Below, in pieces: positions 37,110-46,987 of a stretch of 56,638 bases of DNA. Within the stretch, counting starts at the first letter, position 1. Each line of letters opens with the position of its first letter. Location: the IMG/VR virus record IMGVR_UViG_3300009494_000003, positions 1-56,638 of that record; one strand, 5' to 3'. The notes beneath the pieces are model-generated. The model did not search any database and was not told the DNA's origin. It saw only the letters and a program-made list of their open reading frames with translations. The position numbers were made by a program, and so were the translations under genes. Origin of the DNA: a virus. Taxonomy: Duplodnaviria; Caudoviricetes.

Positions 37110-38300
37110 TTGAACGGTGAATGGAATATTTTTGAAGGCGACTGCATTGAGGTGATGCGGCGCATGGAACCTCAGTCGGTCCATTGCTGCGTCACGTCGC
37201 CGCCTTATTTTGGGCTCAGAGATTATAAGGTTGATGGACAAGTTGGCCTTGAGCAAACGCCTGAAGAATACGTTGCCAAGCTGGTCGAGGTGTTTCGTGG
37301 AGTTTGGAATGTGTTGAGGGATGACGGAACTCTTTGGTTGGTCATTGGTGATTCCTATGCAAGCGATACGAAGTGGGGCGGTACAACCGGGGGCAAACAC
37401 GCAGCTGGACTCTACGGAGCTACTGGATTAGGACGCAACCATACTCGATCAGGATTGCCAGATAAGAATCTAGTTGGCATCCCCTGGCGGGTTGCGCTCG
37501 CGCTTCAGGCCGACGGGTGGTATCTTCGTAGTGACATAATTTGGGCCAAGTTGAATCCGATGCCGGAATCAGTAAGGGACAGGCCAACAAAATCCCACGA
37601 GTACATTTTCTTGCTGACAAAGAAACCTAAGTACTTTTATGATCAGGAGGCAGTGAAGGAAGATGCAGTAGGGGGGACAAAAGGTAAGGGTGCATCATTT
37701 AAGCGCGAGGGGAGTAAACGCGAGGCACCGAATCCTGGTCACTCAATGGGAACCCATCGTCCAGATAGAGATGATGTAGCTTACAACGGACCTAAGCGAA
37801 ACAAACGCGATGTGTGGGTGGTTGCGACACAACCGTTTAGGGGTGCGCACTTTGCAGTGTATCCACCGAAGTTGATTGAGCCTTGTATTTTGGCGGGGGT
37901 GCCCAAGCACTGTTGCCCTGTTTGCGGTGCTCCCTGGGTGCGGGTTGTGGAACGCCCAAAGATTGAACGTTCTGCCGAGGTTGGCCCGAGGAAACAAGAT
38001 GGGGGTTTGACCAGTAAGGCCGGGATGGATCGTACTGGTTTGTCACACTTTAAATATAATGAATGGCTGAGAGAAAACTCGTCTCGAACAGTTGGGTGGA
38101 AGCCTTCTTGTGGATGCAACGCGGGTGCTACAGCAGGCACAGTGCTTGACCCATTCTGTGGCACAGGAACAACAGGGGTGGTTGCTGTGCCTATGGGGTA
38201 TAATTTTAAAGGCATTGATTTGAATCCTGAGAGTGTGGAAATGGCTCGCAGGAGGATTACTGACACTTTGAGAAAGGAAGCTAGCTATGTCAAAAGATGA
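37110..38300 (+). CDS. beta-class DNA methyltransferase (SPPY, probably N4-cytosine)
   Basis: TSPPY, NPMPESVRDRPTKSHEYIF, AHFAVYP, VLDPFCGTGTT; TTG start after GAGGAG. Confidence 0.88.
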   Translation: MNGEWNIFEGDCIEVMRRMEPQSVHCCVTSPPYFGLRDYKVDGQVGLEQTPEEYVAKLVEVFRGVWNVLRDDGTLWLVIGDSYASDTKWGGTTGGKHAAGLYGATGLGRNHTRSGLPDKNLVGIPWRVALALQADGWYLRSDIIWAKLNPMPESVRDRPTKSHEYIFLLTKKPKYFYDQEAVKEDAVGGTKGKGASFKREGSKREAPNPGHSMGTHRPDRDDVAYNGPKRNKRDVWVVATQPFRGAHFAVYPPKLIEPCILAGVPKHCCPVCGAPWVRVVERPKIERSAEVGPRKQDGGLTSKAGMDRTGLSHFKYNEWLRENSSRTVGWKPSCGCNAGATAGTVLDPFCGTGTTGVVAVPMGYNFKGIDLNPESVEMARRRITDTLRKEASYVKR

Positions 38301-39102
38301 AGTTCGGGAGCAAGTTGAAGAGTTGTTGTGCTTTGATGGGCCACAAGATCCCACTCACCCCGACGAAATTCGTGCACAGATCATTGAGAAGCATGGGGAG
38401 GAGTATCTCGACCAAAGGGTCTTATCGAAGCAGTTGGAAGAAGTGTTCGATGCGCTGAGTACTGAGAATGATGATCTCACTGAGGCCATCCAGGACCTTC
38501 AGGAACAACTGGATGATGCGCTTGACCGTAAGCGAGATGTTTTGGTTATTCTGGGCACATTGGAATGGCTCGATGAGAACATCATTAACCAAACCGTGTT
38601 ACGTGGCGCAATTCGGGATGTGCTTGACCAGGATCTTCCGGGGTACAAGAGCTTGTTGGCTCGTTACGGAGCCCTTTCTGCGTCCACGCATTTTGATGAG
38701 AACGGTCGTTTTATCTCTTGGAGGAAACGGCGTTTGTTGGACCCCACTAAGTTCTCGGGGGTTGCTGTGGAGAAGGACGTTCTCCGCTGCCCGAAGTGCC
38801 AGCTGGGTTTCCGGGACGAGGAAGACCTGGATCGGCATATCGCGTCAGAGTGTGAGTACCAGGACGAGGAGGCGTTTTTCCAGAAGCGGGAGGATGTGGA
38901 GAAGATGCGCAAGTCGCGCTTCGATCTGAGTAAGGAGCTTTACTGCGATGTTTGCGACTACACGGCCAAGAGTCCCGGTGGCCTGGCTTCGCATAAGCGG
39001 GGCAAGGCGCACAAGCGGCAGGTTGCACTATCAAAGCCGCCTCCGACCAAGCGGCGTCATAAGGCCAAGAAAAAAGCAAGGAAGGGGAAGAAAAATGCCT
39101 AA
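38287..39102 (+). CDS. Coiled-coil protein with two C2H2/C2HC zinc fingers and basic tail
   Basis: CPKC..F..L..HIASEC; CDVC..L..HKRGKAH. Confidence 0.65.
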   Translation: MSKDEVREQVEELLCFDGPQDPTHPDEIRAQIIEKHGEEYLDQRVLSKQLEEVFDALSTENDDLTEAIQDLQEQLDDALDRKRDVLVILGTLEWLDENIINQTVLRGAIRDVLDQDLPGYKSLLARYGALSASTHFDENGRFISWRKRRLLDPTKFSGVAVEKDVLRCPKCQLGFRDEEDLDRHIASECEYQDEEAFFQKREDVEKMRKSRFDLSKELYCDVCDYTAKSPGGLASHKRGKAHKRQVALSKPPPTKRRHKAKKKARKGKKNA

Positions 39103-40015
39103 AGCTCAATGGGTAAGATGGAAGAAGGGGGGAGGCCCGCGTGTCCGGGGTACGTTGAAGTATGATCCTCCTCAACCGTGGGGGCCATGGACAAAGATCA
39201 TGGGTGTTGTGGCCCGATGTGAGGGGGCGCATGACACAGTTGTATCGTATGACGAAACAGGCGTCACCTGGGGATATTTACAGTGGACGTTCAAGTCCGG
39301 GAGGCTTCAGAAGCTGTTGGAGAGCTTCAAGTCAATCCCTTCTTATGATTTCACGAACGAGGGCAAGCACCGCACACTTTTTGATCTAGTTTGTTGTGAG
39401 ATGAGCGTAATAGGGTTGATTCAAAAGTTCGAGCGTTTCGGTTTCAGAATCACGGGTGGCAAGTTCGTCGACTTGCGGACCGGACGTGCTCTCAACATGA
39501 ACAACCGGACACAGCGGAAACGATGCGTCGATATCTGTATGGGTCGTGTACAGTATCCTGGCAATCTCAAGAAGCAGCGGCAACATGCGATGGCTTTGGC
39601 CAACTTGTTCGCCATGATGGGCCAAGATTTCGCAGTGGCCGAAGCTCAGATACAGTTCGCCAAACAGGAGTTCAAGCGCCAGATGGGGTACAAGCGTCCT
39701 CCGCTCGGGGGCATGACCATTGCGGAGCTTTTGTACGCTGACAAGCCTGAAGCGTGGGAGACACCGTTAATCGCTCTCGCGCTTAACTTGTGGCAAAACT
39801 CCCCTGCTGCTGCCTACCGCTTGTTTTTGCGGGCTCGGAGAATGGATGGCAGTAGCGACCCCGAGACGTACTTTCAGCAGGCGTGGAAGCTCGCCAATCG
39901 ATCCAAGTTCGGAAACTGGGGTTGGGGTAAGCCTCAGAACAAGAGTCCTCGGGTGGTTCGTATCAAGAAGGCCATCAAGGAGTTTTACGGGATCAACATG
40001 AAGTATTTTAAGTGA
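39095..40015 (+). CDS. Lysozyme-like peptidoglycan hydrolase (putative endolysin)
   Basis: 'CEGAHDTVVSYDETGVTWGYLQWT' lysozyme-like catalytic motif. Confidence 0.55.
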   Translation: MPKAQWVRWKKGGGPRVRGTLKYDPPQPWGPWTKIMGVVARCEGAHDTVVSYDETGVTWGYLQWTFKSGRLQKLLESFKSIPSYDFTNEGKHRTLFDLVCCEMSVIGLIQKFERFGFRITGGKFVDLRTGRALNMNNRTQRKRCVDICMGRVQYPGNLKKQRQHAMALANLFAMMGQDFAVAEAQIQFAKQEFKRQMGYKRPPLGGMTIAELLYADKPEAWETPLIALALNLWQNSPAAAYRLFLRARRMDGSSDPETYFQQAWKLANRSKFGNWGWGKPQNKSPRVVRIKKAIKEFYGINMKYFK

Positions 40016-41118
40016 GGCTGATGCAGTTTTCGCTCAAATATCGACCTCGCCGGTTCTCCGAGGTCAAAGGTCAGGCGGTGTCTGTCCGAATCCTGGTCAA
40101 CTCTATCCGAATGTCCAGGGTCCCAACGGCACTCCTGTTTTCAGGTTTGAGAGGCACGGGCAAGACTACGCTGGCGCGCCTCTACGCGAAGGCGCTCAAT
40201 TGCCCAACTTTTCTCAAGGAGAACGAACCTTGTTGTCAGTGCGAATCGTGTGTGGATGCTGAGGCCTTGGCCCATCTGTCCATCCTTGAGCTGGACGCGG
40301 CATCTCATTCCGGTGTGGATGATATTCGGGACCTTGAATCAATCCTCGCCCAGGTCATTCCCCATGTGTATCGGGTTGTAATTCTTGATGAGGTTCACAT
40401 GCTTTCGAAGTCGGCCCAGGCCGCGCTCCTGAAGACCATTGAGGAACCCCCGAAGAACACTGTTTTTCTCCTGGTTACGACCGATCCCCAGCGCCTGGAG
40501 GATACGGTCAGGTCACGGTGCCTGAGCATGCCTCTTCAGGCGCTGTCTGAGGTGGATGTTGCCGAGAGTATCAGATTTATCCTCGATTCAGAGGCACGGG
40601 TTTACACGGAGGAGTTCGTAGAAACCCTCTCACGGCTCGGAGGAGGCTCTCTCAGGGACGTTCAGCAGATACTGGACGCACAGATCATTGCTGCGGGGGA
40701 TGGTCCCCTGGATGTCAACCTGCTCAAGGGGGCCGTGGGTGTAATCTCTCGCGAGGAGTATGGGAACCTGGCGGATGTTCTCGATCAGCGCAATCTACGG
40801 TTTTTCCTTGAGGAAATCCGCCGTTGGTACGCGGAAGGTAGGGACCTGAAGCACCTTTTCATCGAGGGTCTGCCGATTCTTATTCGTGATCTGGGCATCT
40901 TTTTGTCGGGCGTTGAGGAGGGTCAGGTTAACCTTTTGAGTGGCATACCCTACCGATCCCTTTCCAGTAATTTAACCTTGACACTCGCGGACCTCAAGAT
41001 GTTGAGTCACGAGTGGGAGGTTTCGATGAACTACATGCGGTACACATCTTTCCCGAGGGTTGTTTGGGGCATGTTTGCGGTCAAGGTGTGTGCAGGTGAA
41101 TCAACTACCCACGACTAA
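40012..41118 (+). CDS. dnaX: Clamp loader subunit gamma/tau
   Basis: KYRP..F, GLRGTGKTT, PCCQCESC, ELDAAS, LDEVHML, LLKTIEEPP, SRC, GSLRD. Confidence 0.9.
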   Translation: MRLMQFSLKYRPRRFSEVKGQAVSVRILVNSIRMSRVPTALLFSGLRGTGKTTLARLYAKALNCPTFLKENEPCCQCESCVDAEALAHLSILELDAASHSGVDDIRDLESILAQVIPHVYRVVILDEVHMLSKSAQAALLKTIEEPPKNTVFLLVTTDPQRLEDTVRSRCLSMPLQALSEVDVAESIRFILDSEARVYTEEFVETLSRLGGGSLRDVQQILDAQIIAAGDGPLDVNLLKGAVGVISREEYGNLADVLDQRNLRFFLEEIRRWYAEGRDLKHLFIEGLPILIRDLGIFLSGVEEGQVNLLSGIPYRSLSSNLTLTLADLKMLSHEWEVSMNYMRYTSFPRVVWGMFAVKVCAGESTTHD

Positions 41119-41250
41119 AGCCGAGGGCTTGTAACTGAATCATGATTAGAAGAACCACAACTCGCTACCTTGGATCGAAACCCGTTAGGCTGGTTGACGA
41201 CAGCCCTGGCACTGATGTTCAGCGCCGCGATGTGATCGGCGGGTCCAGAG
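41081..41250 (-). ncRNA. Putative TnpB omegaRNA/reRNA with guide from flanking dnaX sequence (boundaries approximate)
   Basis: Known IS605 architecture: scaffold overlaps tnpB 3' end and right end; predicted guide about UCACCUGCACACACCUUGA (41099-41081). Confidence 0.55.
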
Positions 41251-42242
41251 TGCCCACACGATCTACAGCAGAAAAGGTCTCTGCTCTTCCTGTTCCCCTT
41301 CTCGATATGCCCACAGACAGGACACTCCCGACTCGTGTTCCTCGGATCGACTTTGACCACGGGGACACCGGAGAGGACTGCCTTGTAGGAAATAAAGCTA
41401 CCGAGTTGAAAGAATCCCCAGTTAGACATCCTGTTTCTCTGGCTGCGACGGGCCTTGGCTCGGCCACGGATACCCCTGAGGTCCTCAAGAGCGATTCCAT
41501 GTCCGGTGCGTTTCGCAGTAGCGACGATGTCCTTGGAGATGATGTGGTTTGTATTGGTTTGGAACCGGGCCTGCTGCCCGGAGATCTGCCTCAGTTTTCG
41601 TTTGGCCGACTTCGTACCCTTGCGTTGCAAGTTCTTACGACGGTGGCCATATTTGCGGCGATTCTCTTCTACAGCAGCTCCGCTGTAGCTCTTCCCTCGG
41701 CTGTCGACCGCGAGATTGACAATCCCGAGATCGACACCCAGGAACTTCTCAATATCGATCTTGTCGGGCTCTTCGACATCGCAGGTGCAACCGAGATAGA
41801 AAACTCCGTTGATGAGCAGGAGGTCTACCTCACCCTTACGGTGTTCGAGGAGCTTCCGTTGGTGCTCGCCGCAAACAAAATCGATCTTCATCCGACCGTC
41901 CAGTGTCCATATGGACAGGCGGTTGTCACTGAGCAATCGGAAGATCCGATCATCATAGGGTTGGGCCGCGTGCTTTTTGAACGCACGGCGTTTCCCACTG
42001 AATACCTTATACGCATCAGAGACTTTTGCGATGCAGCGAACTGTCATCTGTGCCGCCAACCCGAATTGTCCACGGACCTCGTGGTATACAAGTTTATGAA
42101 GGTCATATTGTCTGAGCGTCTTGGCATTCCAAGCCTCGGACGATATCCAATTGCATGCCTCGTTGCAAGTCTCCAGTGTCCGTTTGAGAGCATCGAACTG
42201 CGTGGGCGTTGGATGGAGTTTGATGTTTGCAGTGAGTTTCAT
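41115..42242 (-). CDS. tnpB: RNA-guided endonuclease TnpB (375 aa)
   Basis: MKLTANIKL..; GVDLG, IALEDL, CPVC..CRSC, ADHIAALNI (RuvC D/E/D intact). Confidence 0.92.
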   Translation of the reverse strand: MKLTANIKLHPTPTQFDALKRTLETCNEACNWISSEAWNAKTLRQYDLHKLVYHEVRGQFGLAAQMTVRCIAKVSDAYKVFSGKRRAFKKHAAQPYDDRIFRLLSDNRLSIWTLDGRMKIDFVCGEHQRKLLEHRKGEVDLLLINGVFYLGCTCDVEEPDKIDIEKFLGVDLGIVNLAVDSRGKSYSGAAVEENRRKYGHRRKNLQRKGTKSAKRKLRQISGQQARFQTNTNHIISKDIVATAKRTGHGIALEDLRGIRGRAKARRSQRNRMSNWGFFQLGSFISYKAVLSGVPVVKVDPRNTSRECPVCGHIEKGNRKSRDLFCCRSCGHSGPADHIAALNISARAVVNQPNGFRSKVASCGSSNHDSVTSPRL

Positions 42243-42249
42243 TGTTTCA

Positions 42250-42278
42250 AGTATAGAGGGGGAGTGGTTTAATGTCAA
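42250..42278 (-). promoter_or_regulatory. Near-consensus sigma70 promoter for leaderless tnpB
   Basis: Minus strand TTGACA-17 nt-TATACT, 7 nt before ATG, no RBS. Confidence 0.75.
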
Positions 42279-42328
42279 GAAGTTTGTTAATTTTTCAGGA
42301 GTGGAATTCCGCGTTGGAAAGACCATGA

Positions 42329-42631
42329 ATGAATGGAAGGGCAAAACTCCCGTGGCACTCGAATATAAAATGCCCAGAGTGTGGTCGGTGGATGCGTGTC
42401 CGTGCGTCGTCGATAACAGATCTGTACTATCACGCGGAGGTGATTTGCTTGCCCTGCGGGGTCTACGAGAAGTTGAAGGTGCCCATTGAGGAGTACAATT
42501 CGCGTTCGGCCCGGGAGATCGTACTGGATGAGGTTGGCGAGCAGAAATCTTCCGAGAGTGCAGGGAGGCGTATCTATGAAAGACGGGGTCGTGCTCCGGT
42601 TGCTCGGCGTGTGAAGAGGGAGAAGAAATGA
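42329..42631 (+). CDS. Zn-ribbon protein
   Basis: CPEC...CLPC. Confidence 0.55.
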   Translation: MNGRAKLPWHSNIKCPECGRWMRVRASSITDLYYHAEVICLPCGVYEKLKVPIEEYNSRSAREIVLDEVGEQKSSESAGRRIYERRGRAPVARRVKREKK

Positions 42632-43287
42632 AGTTTGGCATAGGCATAAATCAGGGACGCGCGAACATCGTGCTCGACGAGCATCTTCCCGAGACGGACG
42701 TTTTGGAGATGCTCAGGTTCGACGATGCCGATGTTGAGAACCTGCTCCGCACTCATTCTGCAAACCAGTCCTACTGGGAGGCTCTGGCGGTTCGGTTAAA
42801 GACTCGTTGCGAGCGTTTCAAGGAAGAGTGGCAGCGGAAGTGGTGGGCACACAACCGGATGTACGGCAAGCTGGTTCTTGCTGCCTATGGTGAGTCGAAG
42901 CCCACGGGGGACACAGTCAAGGATATGGTCATTCAGATCTATTCCAGTGAAACCACTGAGAACGAGCGTGCGAAGTATGGTGAGGCTGCGTGGTCGGCGG
43001 CAGACCAGCGTCGGGGGTTTGCCGGGACTCAGGAAGAGTTTCGGAATTCCATGTACAAGTATCTCAGGGCTGAGCCGCCCTGGTATTTTGAGACTGTGGT
43101 TACACTGCTGACTCAGATGCAGGAGGAGTTCGAGACGGTGAAGGTGGTGGCCGAGCGTCTCAATTCACAATCGTTTCACCTGGACATGTATGCCAAGATG
43201 CAGATGGCTCGAAAGTACAACATTGATAGCGTGGGTCTGTCGGATGGGCAGGTCGCAAAACAAATCAGCAAGGGAGTAAGAAAATGA
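42628..43287 (+). CDS. Helical protein, possibly UvsY-like recombination mediator
   Basis: 'LRFDDADVENLLRTHSANQSYW' and position before SSB/RecA. Confidence 0.4.
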   Translation: MKFGIGINQGRANIVLDEHLPETDVLEMLRFDDADVENLLRTHSANQSYWEALAVRLKTRCERFKEEWQRKWWAHNRMYGKLVLAAYGESKPTGDTVKDMVIQIYSSETTENERAKYGEAAWSAADQRRGFAGTQEEFRNSMYKYLRAEPPWYFETVVTLLTQMQEEFETVKVVAERLNSQSFHLDMYAKMQMARKYNIDSVGLSDGQVAKQISKGVRK

Positions 43288-44852
43288 GTGACTTCACGAT
43301 GCCCTATCAGAAGGAGAAGGAACTGGACGAGAAATCAGGTTCCACGCGAGACAAGCGGATCTACAAGCCGTTGCCGGACAAGGCTGGGCAGAGTATCAAC
43401 AACGATGTTGTTATCCCACTTTTCTCTCCGCATAACTGGAAACTTTTTAATCCGACGCCGGAGGACGCGCAGAAGTATGGAATGGTGGGGTCAGGGCTCG
43501 TGTCGATGAACCCGAGCGACCCCGTACACACCTTCTACTTCCGGCTCCCGGTGCACAATGTTCAGAACTTCAGCCATTCTGACGGTTCGGTGAAGCGTTT
43601 TGCGCAGGTGATATGTCCCATCGCGTTGAACCGGTACTTGATCGAGAGCCTTGGGCGCGGTCCGCTTTTCAATTCACCGCGTTGCGCTTTCTGTGAGCAG
43701 GAACAGCGTCATTGGGATGCTTTCAATGCCCGGTGGGAGACATGTGGGACCGACAAAAGCACGCTGTCCAAGGAAGGGTACTGGAAGTTCATTGATGGCG
43801 ATCTTATCCTGTCTGCGGAGAGAGAGGGTACTCGGAAGTTCGGCGTGGACACGCGCTTCGTGATCAGTATTTTCGATCACGCGAAGTTCGTGGGCACCCG
43901 GCCTCTCGATGATGGGGAGACGGGGGTAGAGCACCAGATTTGGTTCGCACCCAAGAGCATTAAGCAGGGATTGCTCCAGCTGTATGAAGCCGGTGCCGGA
44001 GGTTTCAGGTTCTTCAAGCCCACCGAACAGGGCTTTCCAATTCTCTACGTGAACAAGAACACCAAAGAGTGTAAGGCCACTGACATGCGGCCTACGAAGT
44101 ACGACGTAGGTTTCGCGAATAATTATCATCCGTACCCGCCCGAGTGGCTTGAATATCTCCAGAATTCGGGAGCCATGGTCGATCCTTCAGATTTTGTGTA
44201 CCTGGTTACCTACGAGGAGGCACGGTATCACGTGGCTTCGCAGCAATCGGTGTCTTCCAACGTCGTGAGTCCGTCTGCACAGCCAGCTGCTGGTGCTCCA
44301 CCCGCAGGGGTTCCCGGTGCGGTTGGTGCTCCTCCTGTTGCATTCTCTCCTCCAGGGGCTGCTCCTGCGTCCGCTGGTGTTCCTCCTGGATCGGTTTCAC
44401 CCGATGGCTACGCCGCTCCCCAGGGTGTCTTGCCTCAAGGTGCTCCACCCGTGGATACTGTGTCTCCGGGCGCTCCCCAGGGTGCTCCACCTGTTGCACC
44501 CCAAGGCGCTCCAATTCCGGCGCAACCTCCGGCAGCGGCAGGTGCGCCCCCGACCGCAACTCCCGGAGGACCGGTTCCGGTAGTGGGTCCCGTCACGACA
44601 CAGGGTGCACCTGCTTTTGGTGCTCCCCCGGCAGGGACACCACCGACGGTTCAGCCCCCTTCAGGGGTTCCAGGAGCCTCAGCCGCACCCACAGCAGCAC
44701 CACCCGCCGTTCCGGGCGCAGGCGTGCCAGCTGGTGCACCTGTCGCGGTTCCCGGTGCACCCCCGGCTACGACAGCTCCGGCCACGGGGACACCCCCTGA
44801 CAGGACTTCTCCGGCTGGAGGGGATCCTCCGGGCACACGACGGAAATGGTAG
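43284..44852 (+). CDS. ssDNA-binding protein (T4 gp32-like) with long Pro/Ala/Gly tail
   Basis: H..CP..CAFC metal motif, 'TKYDV'; adjacent to recA. Confidence 0.55.
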   Translation: MSDFTMPYQKEKELDEKSGSTRDKRIYKPLPDKAGQSINNDVVIPLFSPHNWKLFNPTPEDAQKYGMVGSGLVSMNPSDPVHTFYFRLPVHNVQNFSHSDGSVKRFAQVICPIALNRYLIESLGRGPLFNSPRCAFCEQEQRHWDAFNARWETCGTDKSTLSKEGYWKFIDGDLILSAEREGTRKFGVDTRFVISIFDHAKFVGTRPLDDGETGVEHQIWFAPKSIKQGLLQLYEAGAGGFRFFKPTEQGFPILYVNKNTKECKATDMRPTKYDVGFANNYHPYPPEWLEYLQNSGAMVDPSDFVYLVTYEEARYHVASQQSVSSNVVSPSAQPAAGAPPAGVPGAVGAPPVAFSPPGAAPASAGVPPGSVSPDGYAAPQGVLPQGAPPVDTVSPGAPQGAPPVAPQGAPIPAQPPAAAGAPPTATPGGPVPVVGPVTTQGAPAFGAPPAGTPPTVQPPSGVPGASAAPTAAPPAVPGAGVPAGAPVAVPGAPPATTAPATGTPPDRTSPAGGDPPGTRRKW

Positions 44853-44864
44853 GGGAGGACAAAC

Positions 44865-45875
44865 ATGGCCAAGAAGAAAAAAACAGAGGCAGAGCCCGCA
44901 GCACCCAGTCGCACGGTTGATATCTTGAAAAAGGTGCAGTCGATTCCGGGACTGATGACCCTCGATTCGACCAAGATTGAGAATGTTCCACGAATTTCTA
45001 CGGGCATTCTCAGTCTCGATCTTGCTCTCGGTGGGGGCTATCCCCACGGGCGTATTATCGAGTTTTTTGGTTCTGAGGGGTCAGGTAAGACGACGGCCAC
45101 GCTTCACGCCATTGTCGCAGCGCAGCGAAATGGGGGTGTCGCGGCCTTCATCGACGCGGAGCACGCACTGGACAAAGCTTACGCAGCCCGGATCGGCGTA
45201 AATTTTTCTGATTTGCTCTTTGGCCAACCGGATAGTGGGGAAGAGGGCCTGGAGATGGTGGACGCCCTGTGTTCCAACATGAAGGGCGGCGACCTTGTTG
45301 TTATCGATTCGGTAGCGAATCTTGTGCCCAAGGTTGAGCTTGACGGGGATTATGGCGATTCTCATGTCGGCCTCCAGGCGCGAATGATGTCGCAAGCCAT
45401 GAGAAAGATGACTTCATTGGTATCGAAGCGCGGTGTGACAGTCATTTTTATCAACCAGATTCGGATGAAGATCGGTGTCATGTTCGGATCGAACGAAACG
45501 ACTACCGGAGGACGCGCGCTCAAGTTCTACGCCACGCAGCGCATCGAAGTGAAGCCCATGGGGCGTTCCAAGGCGGGTGACACCATCATCGGCATGAAGG
45601 CGAGATTCAAGGTGGTCAAAAACAAGGTTGCGCCACCCTTCAGGGAGGCCGAGGTTGAGCTTCGGTTCGGCCAGGGTTTTCCACGTTCGCTGGATCTTCT
45701 TCGAGTTGGTTCTACCGGCAATGTAGGTGTCATCGAGAAGGCCGGTGCGTGGTACTCGTACAAGTCCGAGCGTTTGGGTCAGGGCATTGAGAACTCGGCT
45801 GTAACGTTGGAGGCCAACCCGGCGCTCATGGCGAAGATTGAGCAAGAGGTCCTCGAACGCTACGAAAAGATTTAA
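44865..45875 (+). CDS. recA: RecA recombinase
   Basis: [58 protein letters not shown]. Confidence 0.95.
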   Translation: MAKKKKTEAEPAAPSRTVDILKKVQSIPGLMTLDSTKIENVPRISTGILSLDLALGGGYPHGRIIEFFGSEGSGKTTATLHAIVAAQRNGGVAAFIDAEHALDKAYAARIGVNFSDLLFGQPDSGEEGLEMVDALCSNMKGGDLVVIDSVANLVPKVELDGDYGDSHVGLQARMMSQAMRKMTSLVSKRGVTVIFINQIRMKIGVMFGSNETTTGGRALKFYATQRIEVKPMGRSKAGDTIIGMKARFKVVKNKVAPPFREAEVELRFGQGFPRSLDLLRVGSTGNVGVIEKAGAWYSYKSERLGQGIENSAVTLEANPALMAKIEQEVLERYEKI

Positions 45876-45876
45876 T

Positions 45877-46986
45877 ATGACGAACTCTTCAACTGATTTC
45901 ATCCGCTTCCTTGTGTACAGCGACATACATCACAGCCGTCTGGCTGCACGTTGTATCACGTTGGAGGACACACTGAGTATCGAACGCGCGGTTCACCAGC
46001 GTGTCATCGACGCCGGGTTTCATTTTTCGGTGTTCTGCGGCGACCGGTTCCTCAAGCGCGAGCCCGAGGATGAGGTCAAGGTCAGGGCTGACAGGGTCCT
46101 TGGGGAGATGCTCCGGGCACGTCCGGGCATCCCGCACTATCACCTGATCGGCAATCACGATTGGACCAAGAACAGCCGGGAGTGGCACACGTCGGAATCG
46201 TTGAAGGATCTTGAGAATCTCATTGTCTTGGACAAGCCAATAAGTGTCGCGGGGAAGGGTTATGCGGTTCACGCGTTGCCCGCCGACGTGCCTTTCGACA
46301 TGGCGAACTATGCGGCACACCATGGGCTCAACCTCTTCTTGTTCCACGGAATTGTGAAGGGCTCGTTTATGGAGGATGATGGTGACCGCACGTTCAAGGA
46401 CGGCATCGATGCTCGTGAGATCGACCGTCCCGAATGGGACCTTGTTTGTGCGGGGGATCTCCACGTGCCCCAGCAATTGAACTTCCAGAACACGCGCGGG
46501 GGTTACGCAGGGTCTGTTCTTCAGCGTACACGGGCCGATGCTGATAGGCAGCGCGGATGGCTGGAGGTGTCCGCAACTCGGAATGGTGATACCTGGGATG
46601 TTCAGACCGAGTTCGTCCCGACACGAAATTTCTTTCATAGAGAGACCATTGAGGTCGGCCCAGAAACCCAGTACAGCACGATTGTCATTGATGAGCAGGC
46701 TGTGCAGGATATGGCTGTTGAGGTCCGGCTTGTCGGCCATCGTGCTGATGTGGATCGCGTGGCGGATGATGAGCGTTGGAAGAACTATACGGACCTCCTG
46801 ATGGCCCGGAGTATCGAGGTTATCCGTGATTACCAGGTCGAGCAGAACGAGGCCGTGGTGGACATGAGCGCGTCGCAGAGTGTATTTGGTGATCTTGAGC
46901 TGTACCTGGAGAGTGGTTTTGCGAATATCGGGAATTTGTCGAAGGACAAAATTTTTGAGATGCTTCGAAAGATGCAGGAGGCATGA
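45877..46986 (+). CDS. Mre11/SbcD-like metallophosphoesterase nuclease
   Basis: SDIH, GDRF, GNHD, FHG, GDLH, YAGS. Confidence 0.85.
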   Translation: MTNSSTDFIRFLVYSDIHHSRLAARCITLEDTLSIERAVHQRVIDAGFHFSVFCGDRFLKREPEDEVKVRADRVLGEMLRARPGIPHYHLIGNHDWTKNSREWHTSESLKDLENLIVLDKPISVAGKGYAVHALPADVPFDMANYAAHHGLNLFLFHGIVKGSFMEDDGDRTFKDGIDAREIDRPEWDLVCAGDLHVPQQLNFQNTRGGYAGSVLQRTRADADRQRGWLEVSATRNGDTWDVQTEFVPTRNFFHRETIEVGPETQYSTIVIDEQAVQDMAVEVRLVGHRADVDRVADDERWKNYTDLLMARSIEVIRDYQVEQNEAVVDMSASQSVFGDLELYLESGFANIGNLSKDKIFEMLRKMQEA

Positions 46987-46987
46987 A

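Larger units (their letters stand above)
41100..42278 (-). mobile_element. IS200/IS605-family (IS1341-type, tnpB only) element at the dnaX 3' end
   Basis: tnpB plus right-end hairpin AAGCCCTCGGCTTTAGTCGTGGGTAGTTGAT; no tnpA in window; left boundary uncertain. Confidence 0.8.

Noticed and set aside
41142-42272. 376-aa + strand ORF antisense to tnpB
   Set aside because: Shadow ORF with no motifs; the minus frame has all TnpB motifs and a promoter.
42243-42647. N-terminal extension of tnpB to 42647 in the ORF track
   Set aside because: Overlaps a + strand gene; the promoter and TnpB-like start point to ATG 42242.
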